Source of the DNA: Octopus bimaculoides
Lineage: Eukaryota
Reading direction: 5' to 3'
NCBI RefSeq assembly: GCF_001194135.2
Contig: NC_068995.1
Span: 37,527,968-37,591,967 of the forward strand
Length of the DNA: 64,000 nt
The translations under genes were made by a program, and so were the position numbers. Under the pieces are notes generated by a model. That model was not told the origin of the DNA. It saw only the letters and a program-made list of their open reading frames with translations, and did not search any database. This document shows, piece by piece, positions 24,865 through 36,249 of this stretch (positions are counted from its first letter, which is position 1; the number at the start of each line of letters is the position of its first letter).

Positions 24865-25078
24865 GCGGTGAGCTGGCAAAATTCTTAGTATGCCGGACGA
24901 AATGCTTAGCGGTATTTCGCCCGTCTTATGTTCTGAGCCCAAATTCCGTCGAGGTCGACCTTGCCTTTCATCCTTTAGGGATCGATAAATTAAGTACCAG
25001 TGAAAACACTAAAGTCGAAGTAATCGACTTGTCCTCTTCTCTAAATTTCATCCTTTGTGCATTTAGTAGAAAGGACTA
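24865..25078 (+). mobile_element. SINE family A, full-length
   Basis: gcggtgagctggcaaaattcttag...gaggtcgaccttgcctttcatcc...gataaattaagtaccag. Confidence 0.9.
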
Positions 25079-26749
25079 TCTTTAAAATAAACATATTTCA
25101 ATATTTTTCAAAAAACTTATCAAGTGCTTACATCACGTTTTCATTTTTCTGGATACAGAGAAAATATTGGTTCATTCGAGCGTATGTTGATAAAATAATT
25201 ATTCAATTAATTATTAATATATTGTATAGAGTTTCCGGATTACAGGAAACTTCAATGTAGGCTGTATCTTTCATTTACTTATACATCGTTTTTTTTTATT
25301 ATTTTTTTTTTTTTTAATGAAAGTATTATTCTAACTTCACTGCAAAAAGTAAACGAAGTGGTTAGAGAAGATTTTATCTCTGGCCATTTTCCAGCTGAAA
25401 TTTTCAGTTTATTTTTTAAAGTAGACTTTCACAAAGATATACACATGAAGCGTATACGAAAGGGGTACAGGGAGAGTTAGAGAGAGAGAGAGAGAGAGAC
25501 ACAGGAAGAGAGATAGATAGAAATAGATAGAGAGGAAAAAAGGAAAACAATCGAATGAGAGAGAGGGGAGGGATAGAGAGTGAGGTTAAAATGTCACAGA
25601 GACAGCGATTAAGTATTTACGGTTTTAAGTTTAGAATATACTTCCCTATATTTTTCTTTTACTTTTTATTTAAGTTTCTTATAGATTTGTATATATATCT
25701 ATATATTTTATAATAGAATTTTTATGGCATATACCCTATCGGATCCTTATCTAGTTTTCTCTAATGCAATTTTCCACCTATTATAATTTTTATAAATTCT
25801 TGGAATATTTTCTTATCCCCGCTTTCTGTACAATATCCGGCATGTTTCTAGTTTGTGCGCTGGAACGACATATGTGTCCGTGTAATATATATATATATAT
25901 ATATATANNNNNNNNNNNNNNNNNNNNNNNNNNNNNNNNNNNNNNNNNNNNNNNNNNNNNNNNNNNNNNNNNNNNNNNNNNNNNNNNNNNNNNNNNNNNN
26001 NNNNNNNNNNNNNNNNNNNNNNNNNNNNNNNNNNNNNNNNNNNNNNNNNNNNNNNNNNNNNNNNNNNNNNNNNNNNNNNNNNNNNNNNNNNNNNNNNNNN
26101 NNNNNNNNNNNNNNNNNNNNNNNNNNNNNNNNNNNNNNNNNNNNNNNNNNNNNNNNNNNNNNNNNNNNNNNNNNNNNNNNNNNNNNNNNNNNNNNNNNNN
26201 NNNNNNNNNNNNNNNNNNNNNNNNNNNNNNNNNNNNNNNNNNNNNNNNNNNNNNNNNNNNNNNNNNNNNNNNNNNNNNNNNNNNNNNNNNNNNNNNNNNN
26301 NNNNNNNNNNNNNNNNNNNNNNNNNNNNNNNNNNNNNNNNNNNNNNNNNNNNNNNNNNNNNNNNNNNNNNNNNNNNNNNNNNNNNNNNNNNNNNNNNNNN
26401 NNNNNNNNNNNNNNNNNNNNNNNNNNNNNNNNNNNNNNNNNNNNNNNNNNNNNNNNNNNNNNNNNNNNNNNNNNNNNNNNNNNNNNNNNNNNNNNNNNNN
26501 NNNNNNNNNNNNNNNNNNNNNNNNNNNNNNNNNNNNNNNNNNNNNNNNNNNNNNNNNNNNNNNNNNNNNNNNNNNNNNNNNNNNNNNNNNNNNNNNNNNN
26601 NNNNNNNNNNNNNNNNNNNNNNNNNNNNNNNNNNNNNNNNNNNNNNNNNNNNNNNNNNNNNNNNNNNNNNNNNNNNNNNNNNNNNNNNNNNNNNNNNNNN
26701 NNNNNNNNNNNNNNNNNNNNNNNNNNNNNNNNNNNNNNNNNNNNNNNNN

Positions 26750-26816
<67 letters not shown>

Positions 26817-26833
26817 CTGTGTGTGTGTGTCTA

Positions 26834-26865
<32 letters not shown>

Positions 26866-27074
26866 GGTATGTATGTAAGTATGAAATGTATGTCATTATT
26901 CGGTTTATTTCAAGATTACTTGCCAAGATAGAAAGCGCCGATTTCTAACGTAGGATTTCAACATCAACAACAGGGTATTTTTGTTTGAATATATGTATGT
27001 ATATGTGCAGATTTGTATGTTTTGCTTTATGTATGCATTTCATGCATATAGTTGCGTATCTAGATATGCTCATA

Positions 27075-27535
27075 TATATTTAAATGACAAGCTCCCGGAA
27101 AGTGTGGCAAATTTTTACAGTTCCAGTAATGGATGGATCAGTATCCCCCCAATTAGTTTTCCCTTTCTGATTTTGAGAAGCCTAATTTCTCAAGACTGAT
27201 ATTTAAGCAGTGTCTTACGTATCTCAGGGCCCCAATAATTACAGGTAGAAACCTTACCTTGTAGTCTGGATAGAGTAACTGCAGATTTTTCAATAGTTCA
27301 GCGTACGTATTTTTTTTCACTGATCTTCATCTTTAAGTTAACATCCGCTGGGCAGCTAATTTCCACCATTGTACACAATTTCTCTTTTCGATCCCAAATC
27401 ATTATACCAGGTCTGTTGTGCTTCCATTTTATTGAAGTCTTCACAGGGACATTCCATCAATATTCCTTTGTATTATGAGTCGCTATGGCCTCTACCAAAC
27501 TGTGGGTTCTTATTTCATTGTGCTCGGGGTTATCC
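27075..27535 (-). mobile_element. R4/Dong-clade LINE 3' fragment (restriction-like endonuclease domain)
   Basis: Minus frames read WNVPVKTSIKWKHNRPGIMIWDRKEKLCTMVEISCPADVN...LEKLGFSK...ITGTVKICHTF (RPD..E..CP pattern). Confidence 0.82.
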
Positions 27536-27730
27536 TATGTATGTAGAGATATATNNNNNNNNNNNNNNNNNNNNNNNNNNNNNNNNNNNNNNNNNNNNNN
27601 NNNNNNNNNNNNNNNNNNNNNNNNNNNNNNNNNNNNNNNNNNNNNNNACAATTGCAGCGTGGAAGGTGTTTATAAGCCGTTTAAGAAAGACACAAAAACC
27701 GTTAGGTTCACTTCAACGTTTAAATTCAAT

Positions 27731-27778
27731 TTGTCAAAATATTTTCGTCGCTTTGAGTCCGCGACTTGTTCACTGATA
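27731..27778 (-). ncRNA. Hammerhead-shaped motif with non-canonical core
   Basis: Minus strand: tca-gtgaacaa-gtcgc-ggactcaaa-gcgac-gaaa-atattt-tgacaa. Stem II gtcgc/gcgac, GAAA, palindromic aatatt, short stem I tca/tga. The CUGANGA position reads gtgaaca. Confidence 0.33.
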
Positions 27779-27799
27779 AAATTCTGTGCTGCAGCGCAG

Positions 27800-28805
27800 A
27801 ATAGTTTGTGGAAACAAAAGGATTTTTGTCTCTGTGTTAGTCTGCCATGGTTCACTGATTTTTGGACTGGTCTTAGAGTTCAAGATGGTGTGAGTGTGCG
27901 TATATTTTTGTGGGTGTGTGTATGTGTGTGTGTTCGTGTGCACAGGGTTCTATTTGCGTGTGTATACATATGTGCTAGTATATGTTTTTTTTGACTGGTT
28001 TTAGAGTTCAGCGTGGTGTGTTGGTATGGGTTTGTGTATGTGTATTTTTCATATTTAGTAGGATGGTGTGTATATGTGTGCACGTTTGTGTGTGTGTGTG
28101 TATGTGTGTGATCTGTATTTTACAGGGTGCTCTGTGTGTGCGTATATGTACAGTGCGTGTTTGTACTGAGTATGCGTTTGGTTGTGTGTGTATGTAGGTG
28201 TGGTTTATGTAGTTTACGGTTGTGTGTGCATGTGTTTGTGTGCCATAGTTGTTGTGGCGAAGTGTCTGTGTGTGTGTACGTAGGCATGCGCGTGCGTGTA
28301 TGTTGTTTTTCTGTGTGGTGTGTGCATGTTTGGGTGTATTTTTGTGAGTGTCTTATTTGTATTGTTTGTGCAGTGTGTGAATACGTATGAATGTGGTGTG
28401 TGTTATTTTGTGCATGTACAAACTTGTGTGTGTGTCCGAGCATATGTGTGTATCTGTGAGTGTTTGTTGTGATTGTTGGAATTGTATTGCGTTTGTATAT
28501 GTGTGTATTTTTTTCTTTGAGTGTGTGTTTTTTTTACTGGGGAATAGATATATTGTGTTTGAATGAGTGTACGTCATTGTGTATACATGCGTGTGTGTGG
28601 GTGTGGGTTGTGTTGTATTTGTGTGTTTGGTTTGTGTTGTATTTGTGTGTGTTTGCATGTGTATCTGTATATGTGTGTTTGTGTCAATGTGTCGTGTAAT
28701 TGTCAGGGCAGTGTGTGTCAGTGTGTGCATGCACGTGTTTATGCATGTGTGTATATGTGTGTGCATGCACATGTTTATGCATGTGTGTGTATGTGTGTGT
28801 GTCGG
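27800..28805. repeat. ~1-kb degenerate (GT)-rich low-complexity tract
   Basis: Direct reading; imperfect gtgtgt/gtatgt/gtttgt runs. Confidence 0.9.
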
Positions 28806-28814
28806 TGACAGATT

Positions 28815-30340
28815 GTTGTGATTGCTAGAGAATAAGGATACTTTACTTTTTTATCCATGTTCGGTTAGTAGGGCTGTCTGGGCACTGGTACGGTTGGAAA
28901 ACTGGGAATTTGAGGGACGTATTTTGTGCATAGAGATCTAAGTGGCTACTAAGTGGTATCTGTCTTGTGGTGGGATACCTCAATTGTTGGCGGCGGACTG
29001 TCATCCTATATCTGAGGATAACACTAGTTTGCCCTATGTAGCCTTTGTGGAACCTTTCACACCCAATGGCTTGAAATAAATTTTTTGATACGCAGATTAT
29101 CTTATTTTTTACGACAAAAGTATATTCTGATTAGAACTTATATAATGTTCCTTCAAGGAGGTGGATGCAGGTCCCGCAATTAGAGCAACCACATTTTTTG
29201 GCAGTAGGTGCTTGGCTTGTGTTGTGTAATTTTGTATTGGTGGGTAAGGTTTTTAGGAATTTGTGTTGTCTCTTGCTTATTACTATTTTGTGGGTTTCGA
29301 GTGATTTTTATAACGTGGATCTTGACACAGTAGGGGTATGTTCTTTTATATAATCATGTAAGCTTCTGTATTTCTTAGATTGTGTTTTCAGAGTGTGTTT
29401 CGGATATCAGTTGTTTTGGCCCGTTTTTTCCATTGTTAATTAATGATGCTGGGTACTGTCTTTCGAGAAGAATTTACTTTAGTTCCTGGAGACTTTTACT
29501 TCGCGTTTCATAATTTGAGACAATTGTACTGATTGTTCTCACTAGATTGAAGGGAATGTTTGTCGTCGTGTGCTTTGGGTGATTGGAGGTGAAAAGGGGG
29601 TATTGTTTGGTATCAGTCGGTTGTCAGTTTCAATGTTGGTAGTTTTTTTTATAATAAGAATGTCTAGAAATGGGTGTTGGTCTTGACTGTATTCCATTGT
29701 AAATTGGATATGGTTGTTAACGCTGTTGATTAAATTTCGAGTTGGTCGAATGTGTGAGACCATAAAATTTGGTAGTTATCCAAGTAGCTTTTCCAAGTCT
29801 CCAACAGATATTTGTGGAAAGACAAGCCGTATTTGAACTTGGATTGTTCATATATTTGTAACTCCAAGTAGGCCATCACTAGATTGGCATAAATTGGGGC
29901 AACTTTAGTACCCATCGCAATCCCTAATACCTGTTTGTAGGTATTGTTATTAAAATTCAAAAGTCTTTATTGGCATGTTTCGGGAGTGGTTTAGGAGGTC
30001 CAGGTCTTCTCTTATAATACTTGGTATGCGTTTAAGTATTGGTTTTAAGAGTATACCAATGAGGATGCTTAATCTGTGTGTTTCACAGTTTGGACCTGCC
30101 ACAATTGGTCTCAGTTTGAGATCAGTGGAATGTGGTAGACTGATGCATGTTGACGTGGAACTTTTGCAAACTTCAGTAATTATATTGCTTTGTGGATTTT
30201 CGGGACGTTGTACAGGTTGCTGGTCTTGCAATCACATTTTTTTAAATAGTCGCATTCCTTTGTCGTTAGGTTATTTTGATGTTGGCAAATGAGTGTGTTT
30301 AATTTTGAGTGTTGGTAGTTAACTACTCTTGCCGAGTAGG
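28815..30340 (-). mobile_element. Penelope-like element (Neptune-like) RT + Cys linker + GIY-YIG pseudogene
   Basis: Minus motifs LKLRPIVAGPNCETHRLS, YKQVLGIAMGTKVAPIYANL, YLD, PFLDILI, KCGCSNCGTC, KGYIGQT..LRYR..RQIPLSSHLD. Several frameshifts. Confidence 0.9.
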
Positions 30341-30638
30341 AAGTATCTTGTAAGAGGTGAGATACAGTGTTTTTGTATTATTCTGTGTCCATAATTAAGA
30401 CATATAAGAATATGAAGAGTTTAGATCACTTGTGATCTAAACGAATAGCTACATTGGGTAAGTGCTATAGCTGGGCGACCATTAGGTTCCAAGATCACAG
30501 CTTAGGGTGGATCTAGGGATCGTGTTAGGTTTCCGTTGAAGCATGTATATATTATGTTAGAGGAAAAAATCGAAGCGATGGCAGAACGAGTATCTCAAGT
30601 CATTTAGAATAATTTAATTAAGGTAATGTGAATATGAA

Positions 30639-30705
30639 GTCTTACAGCTGTTTCTGGAATAACCCAGGTGGTTATCTGTGCACTGGGTATACCGTCATCA
30701 AAGAC
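30639..30705 (-). ncRNA. Minimal type-I hammerhead ribozyme, core C3->U variant
   Basis: Minus strand: gtct-ttgatga-c-ggtatacccag...ctgggttattcc-a-gaaac-agct-gta-agac. Stem I gtct/agac, palindromic stem III acagctgt, GUA site. Confidence 0.7.
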
Positions 30706-30954
30706 AAGAATATAGGCAACAGAACAATGTTCACAACTCATTTTGTTCCAGAGGATATAGATATTGGTCGGTACTTCCACAACCTCTGGAAAAAAGATGA
30801 GTTGTGAACATCATTCTCCTGCCTATATTCTTGTAACTACTTTTAAAATTTATTCTTCTATTTTACTACTTTATTCTTTTATTTTATTCCTTATAAACCA
30901 TGAATTTTATTCCTTGTAAGCTGTGCGTTTTCCCCGTCTACAATTTCATACGCT

Positions 30955-31030
30955 GTCTCTGATGACGGAATACCCAGTACACGAATATGCCAACTAACTA
31001 CTTAGCTTATCCCAGAAACAGCCGTAAGAC
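30955..31030 (+). ncRNA. Minimal type-I hammerhead ribozyme (intact core, weakened stem II)
   Basis: gtct-ctgatga-c-ggaata...tatccc-a-gaaac-agcc-gta-agac. Confidence 0.72.
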
Positions 31031-31109
31031 TTCAAATTCACCTTACTTTAATTACATTATTCTAAATGACTTGAAATATTCATTCTGCCTTGGTTCTCAT
31101 TTTTTCTGT

Positions 31110-31125
31110 AATATAGTATAATATA

Positions 31126-31212
<87 letters not shown>

Positions 31213-31220
31213 GGAGAGAA
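31110..31220. repeat. (TA)n(GA)n microsatellite
   Basis: Direct reading. Confidence 0.95.
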
Positions 31221-32253
31221 TGAGATAGTTGCATAGGATTAGAGATAGATAGATGGATTTAGTGGGGCAAGAATGATAAAATATGATAGAATACCACGCT
31301 ATTTTGTTTAGACGCGTTTATCAAAATCATTTTGAATTTGATAATGTAGATCCCAGAATATATTGTCTTGAAGCAATCGATTTCACCCCTTGTGGTTTTG
31401 AATAAAAGTCAGAAATTGATGATTTTGATTTTCCAGAAATTCTATATCTCATCAAAACATTTAAAACTACCATTATATCATCATTATATAGTTAAATGCT
31501 GGTGAATGACTTAATGGAAATTGTGCTATGGGTGATTTGAAATTGAAGTGAGCAGAGATGCAATCGTTCCAAAAGTGTCTAGAGATTTAGTCTATTATAA
31601 AAATGTAATTGTAATTTATTGCTTAGTTTGTTTTACTAATTGTCATACCATGAGAATATTACTTTCTAAATGAATGTATTATGTAATTCCATTAAAATAG
31701 AGCAAGACGTCGTCTTGTCTGCTAACTATCTAATGCTGAGTGAGAATTAAATGTCAATAAAAATAATAATGAAAGAAATAATTTCATATTTTAAATACCT
31801 TGAGGGGAGTTAAGGATATTGTCCGTATAATGAGATTGTTTAACAGTATATTTTAAAATCACAAGTGTCATGTCCACGAGCCAGCACCGATTTCTCATGA
31901 TTTAAGCAAGATATCACATCGCCGAATTTCACCCCCACCACCACCGCGAGAGAAACGGCTAATACAATTTAGTGATTACAATTTTATGAGATTAATAAAG
32001 TAGATCATTTGTCTTTCACTAAATATATGGTTGAGAGTGTAAGTTTCGAGAGCTCTTTCTTTCATTCGTAAATATACGCATAGCCTTGTAACGATTCTGC
32101 CAGACAATAGCATAAACAAAATCTCAATTAGTGCGCAACAATTACCAATCACACAGTTGTTATATTTTGAAGAGTCAACGATCTGACCTTGGAAAGAGAG
32201 ACGCTTAGCAATCTACTAGCTGGCAGAGGCGACAGAGTAATGTTCATATAGAA

Positions 32254-32490
32254 GGCGGTGAGCTGGTAGAAACGTTAGCACGCCAGGTGAAATGCTTAGC
32301 GGCATTTCGTCTGCCGTTACATTCTGAGTTCAACTTCCGCCGAGTTCGACTTTGCCTTTCATCCTTTCGGGGTCGATAAATTAACTACCAGTTACGCACT
32401 GGGGTTGATGTAGTCGACTTAATCTCTTCGTCTGTCCTTGTTTGTCCCCTCTATGTTTAGCCCCTTGTGGGAAATAAAAAAATAAGAATA
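32254..32490 (+). mobile_element. SINE family A, full-length with alternative 3' tail
   Basis: ggcggtgagctggtagaaacgttagcacgcc head and shared body; tail gtttgtcccctctatgtttagccccttgtggg differs from the other copies. Confidence 0.92.
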
Positions 32491-33599
32491 ATGTTAATAT
32501 ATATGGAAACATACCCTTTGCCATTCAGGACGAGCATAACGTAAGGGAATGTAACATAGTTTAATCCACTACAGATCTCGTATTTTAGCACGAACATACC
32601 TTAGTGTTTTGTAATACTATTTCGACACTACTTACTAGCAACGCATAAATGCAATAGCATTTTATGCGCTCATATTGTTAAAGTTAATTACCTGCCCAAA
32701 TACGATCGCCTCCCAGATCACATTCTACCGCTGAAACACACGTATACGCCCTCCCTCAGGATATAACTTGTAGCTGCCAGCATATTTAGAGAATCTGTCT
32801 TTCCAAACGAGAGTCATATTGAGCGACTTCTCTACGCATGCTTTCAACAGCGAAGGTGAGATGGAAACACTTCAAGATGGTAAATGGAATTTAATCGGTT
32901 AAACGTATTAGACAATCTTCGTGAAAAGAACTTCTGCAGTACATTCGGGGAGTTAAAAACGCGCTAGGATCCCCGTATCTCTTACTAGCGGGATAGTTTC
33001 GAACAATACTTATAGAGAAATAAAACGTGAAATGGTGTTTATAGTAGAATATGCATTTTAAACTGACATCGCTGATTAAGTACCTGTTACGAAACTTACT
33101 TGCACAGATTAAAATATCTAAAAAATGTATCAAAATATTCTGGTAGTTGTATGGTAGGATATAATCGGTTCTATGACCACAACTCTTCGGCAATATAAAT
33201 ATATTTTATACTTTCCGAGTGAATATAAGATGAACAAATAGAGAGGGCGACAAAAAGAAGGGTAGCAAGAGAGTAGAAGGAAAGAGAAGGGTAGAGAGAA
33301 TGAAATGAGAAAAGGAAAGGAATAGAAAAAGAAAGATGAGCCATTAAATATGAATGAAGTAAAGATTAAAATGTAAAGAATAAATTGAGAATAATATGGA
33401 CAGATCCGGCACGCCGATAAAGCACTAGAATGAAATGAATTATTATAGTTAGTTAATCCCAAACTCGAGTTTCCCTATTAATAAGAAAACAAATTAATTT
33501 GTCGTCAGTGGGATCGCTAAAACAAAGCATAATTATGTAGCAATTATACGTACGGAAAATACACGTGTGAGCTACATCTTTATAATATTATGGTTTCAA

Positions 33600-34925
33600 A
33601 TCAAGCGCACAGGAGCATTCACATATCCAGCGGCAAATAATTAAGTTTTACCAACCGCGTACTATAAACCTCAGAATTAGGAAGTTTTACAGTGTAAATC
33701 TTAAGGGTAAAAAATTAGAATAATTTATTACCAGTGGTTCGCATGCGTAATAAAAGTCATAAGACAACATATTTTCATAGATAAAGAGTCCATATAAGAT
33801 ATATACACAAAGAGAAGACCTATACCAGGTCTCTTTACATGCTAGAAAGGGCAGTTAAACCCAACCACGAAAGAATAATTCTAAAGACACGCCAATGACA
33901 AATTAAACCCAAAATCGATATAAATCAACCCCACGATAGCAAACATAATATAAGCAAAACTAATATTAAATTATCTTATAAACCCATGATTAATAATAAA
34001 AAAATCAGTTAGCAATTATAATTATCACCACAATGATAAAGGTACATTTAATAAACATAATGATACGAATAATCAAATTATTACTTCTAATACCAGTACC
34101 AATACCAATCCATATAATGCTCTGAATAATAATAATATTAAACCATATACTCATTTCATTAGCTCTAATAAATCTAAAAGTTATTACAACTTACATATAA
34201 ATAATAATCACCCTGAAAAATGTAAGAAGATTTGGTTAGTTATTCCATATGCAATACAAGTTAAAAATAACATTGTTGAATCCATATTTAAGGCCATTCA
34301 TAAACACTTTAACATTAAGAATAGATACAATGAAATTATAAACTACAAAACCGTCAGGATTGGCTTTAGCTTAACTCCTACCTTATTTACAATTATATAA
34401 TCAAATAACGACAGAAAAGTAAATATATTCTATATCAATAGAAATACCTATGACAACAATTCTACCAATTCTCCTAAAGTTAAATGAAATCTCCCAAACC
34501 CTATTGACTCTAATAATAACGGCCACATATTTTCCAGTGATGAAAGCAAAATAAACCATATTAACTCCCTTAATATCAATTATTCTAATAAATACACAGA
34601 TTAAAAAAAAAACGTTTATGAAAAGTGTGACTATAAAGATAAAACTAATTGTAAATCTAAGAATTCACGTAACACAGGAAATGACTATCAATGCAAAGTT
34701 GAAGCTTTGGGAAAATATTTTTATATCTGCTCCACCGAAAATAAAGTAAGGACCCGCGTGGCTAACCATCTCCAATCCTTAAATATAAACAGAAAATCAA
34801 CTCCACCGAATTAAGCAAATGTATATGGGAATTGAAAGATAATGACATTGAATTTGAAATTAAGTGGGATATTATTGATTCTCCAACAGCTTATTAAATT
34901 AATAACAAGAAATGCGATCTTACGA
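33600..34925 (+). mobile_element. Naiad-like PLE, degenerate 3' part (thumb to GIY-YIG)
   Basis: IWLVIPYA.QVKNNI...HKHFNI.NRYNEIINYKTVRIGFS.TP and RTRVANH...ELSKCIWELKDNDIEFEIKWDII....Y..NKKCDL, matching the Naiad-type IWFNPPYS and ELSK.IW.LK...I.W.I motifs. Confidence 0.72.
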
Positions 34926-35051
34926 TTTACACAGTAAAACGTGTTAATTCTGAGTGTTATAGCACGCAGTTGTTAAAAACTAATTATTTGCTGCCTTACA
35001 TTAATATCCACTTTTACACATTCTCAATGACAATTTAATAATCTTTAAACA

Positions 35052-35204
35052 TATGTATATGTATATATGTATGTGTATATGTGTGTATATATGTGCATAC
35101 GTGTATGTATGTATGTATGTATGTATGTATCTATCAATCTATCTATCTATCTATCTACCTACCTACCTACCTACCTACCTATCCATCCATCCAGCCAGCC
35201 AGCC

Positions 35205-35245
<41 letters not shown>
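35052..35245. repeat. Compound tetranucleotide microsatellite (TATG)(TCTA)(CCTA)(CCAG)(TCTA)
   Basis: Direct reading. Confidence 0.95.
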
Positions 35246-35246
<1 letters not shown>

Positions 35247-35354
35247 AAGGCCTTGTTTGACCGGAAGCTATAGTAGCCAACATTTGCCCAAAGTATCATG
35301 CAGTGTGAATTCGAAATCATGTGGTTGGAATGCAAAATTTTACCACATTGCCAC
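35247..35354 (-). mobile_element. SINE family B-like head, diverged
   Basis: Minus strand gtggcaatgtggtaaaa...ccaaccacatg...atactttgggcaaatgttggctactatagc matches the family B 5' half. Confidence 0.75.
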
Positions 35355-36039
35355 GGTTTTATTCTCTCTGAAATATCCATTTGCAACATGGGCCAGCCAG
35401 CTTACATTTCTGTCTTCTTGAATATTCAGGTTGGATCACGCAAATTACCTGATAAAGCTTGATTAATTGGTTAATGATGAAGAGAAGCTAACGAAACATT
35501 CTATATTCTATAATAGTTTTACACAGACGCACAAACAAATATTAATTTACGTATTGAATATCGTCTTTTTGTTCACATAGTCAATAATGATCAATCGTCA
35601 GTTAATTAATCAATAATTATCAATAATCAGGTAATTTATCATTATATATTATACCGATACTGTCATAATGTACATAAAGAATTAATCTGCTTGACTCAAT
35701 TAATATTGACGTATATTACAAAATGAAACACTTTATCACAAAATATATTTGTATAATATGATTTATTAATTAAGGTGTATTTCTACTCATTATTATCAGT
35801 ACTATATGATCCTAGAGAAAGGATAATAATTTGGATTACTCTCTTCTAAAAGTAATTATTGAATCAACAAATTACATTGTGTAACATGTTATTTGTTTTT
35901 GGTCAATAAGTTTTATGGAAATAACTATTAATCCCTTCAAACTTTGCTTTTGTGACCTGGACATCAATGTTTTAAAACTGACTTATTCTCCATTATCTTT
36001 TAGAGAGATTCAGTGCTGCATTGCTGAAGCAGAAGTATC

Positions 36040-36205
36040 ATTATAGCAAATATTTTGTTAAATACCCCAGATTTGCTTGTCAGTTGCTTGACCTTAATCA
36101 CTTCAACATGTCCCTTAGTGACAGACAATAATGGCATCACTGAGGAGTAGGGGTGCATCATATCCATGTGTCCAGAGGGATCATTTGGGTTTTGAATAAA
36201 TATAC
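36040..36205. repeat. Dispersed non-coding repeat (related to 59030-59330)
   Basis: agcaaatatt..g.t.aatacc.cagatttgctt.tca.ttg.ttgaccttaa...a.catgt.ccttag.g is shared between the two loci. Confidence 0.8.
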
Positions 36206-36249
36206 CAGAGGCAAAGTTTGAAGGAAATGTTAGTCATTTTTCATACATT

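Larger units (their letters stand above)
30580..31089. repeat. Fold-back: inverted pLTR arms (30580-30706 vs 30954-31089) around a nested 131-nt hairpin (30704-30834)
   Basis: ggcagaacgagtatctcaagtcatttagaata...gaagtcttacagctgtttctgg is the near-complement of ccagaaacagccgtaagacttc...tattctaaatgacttgaaatattcattctgcc. The inner arms acaagaatataggca/tgcctatattcttgt, atgttcacaactcat/atgagttgtgaacat and ttccagagg/cctctggaa pair. Confidence 0.93.

Noticed and set aside
25228-25260. Hairpin agtttcc/ggaaact considered as a Helitron 3' end
   Set aside because: Not followed by CTRR, and no Helitron 5' TC or coding remnant was found.
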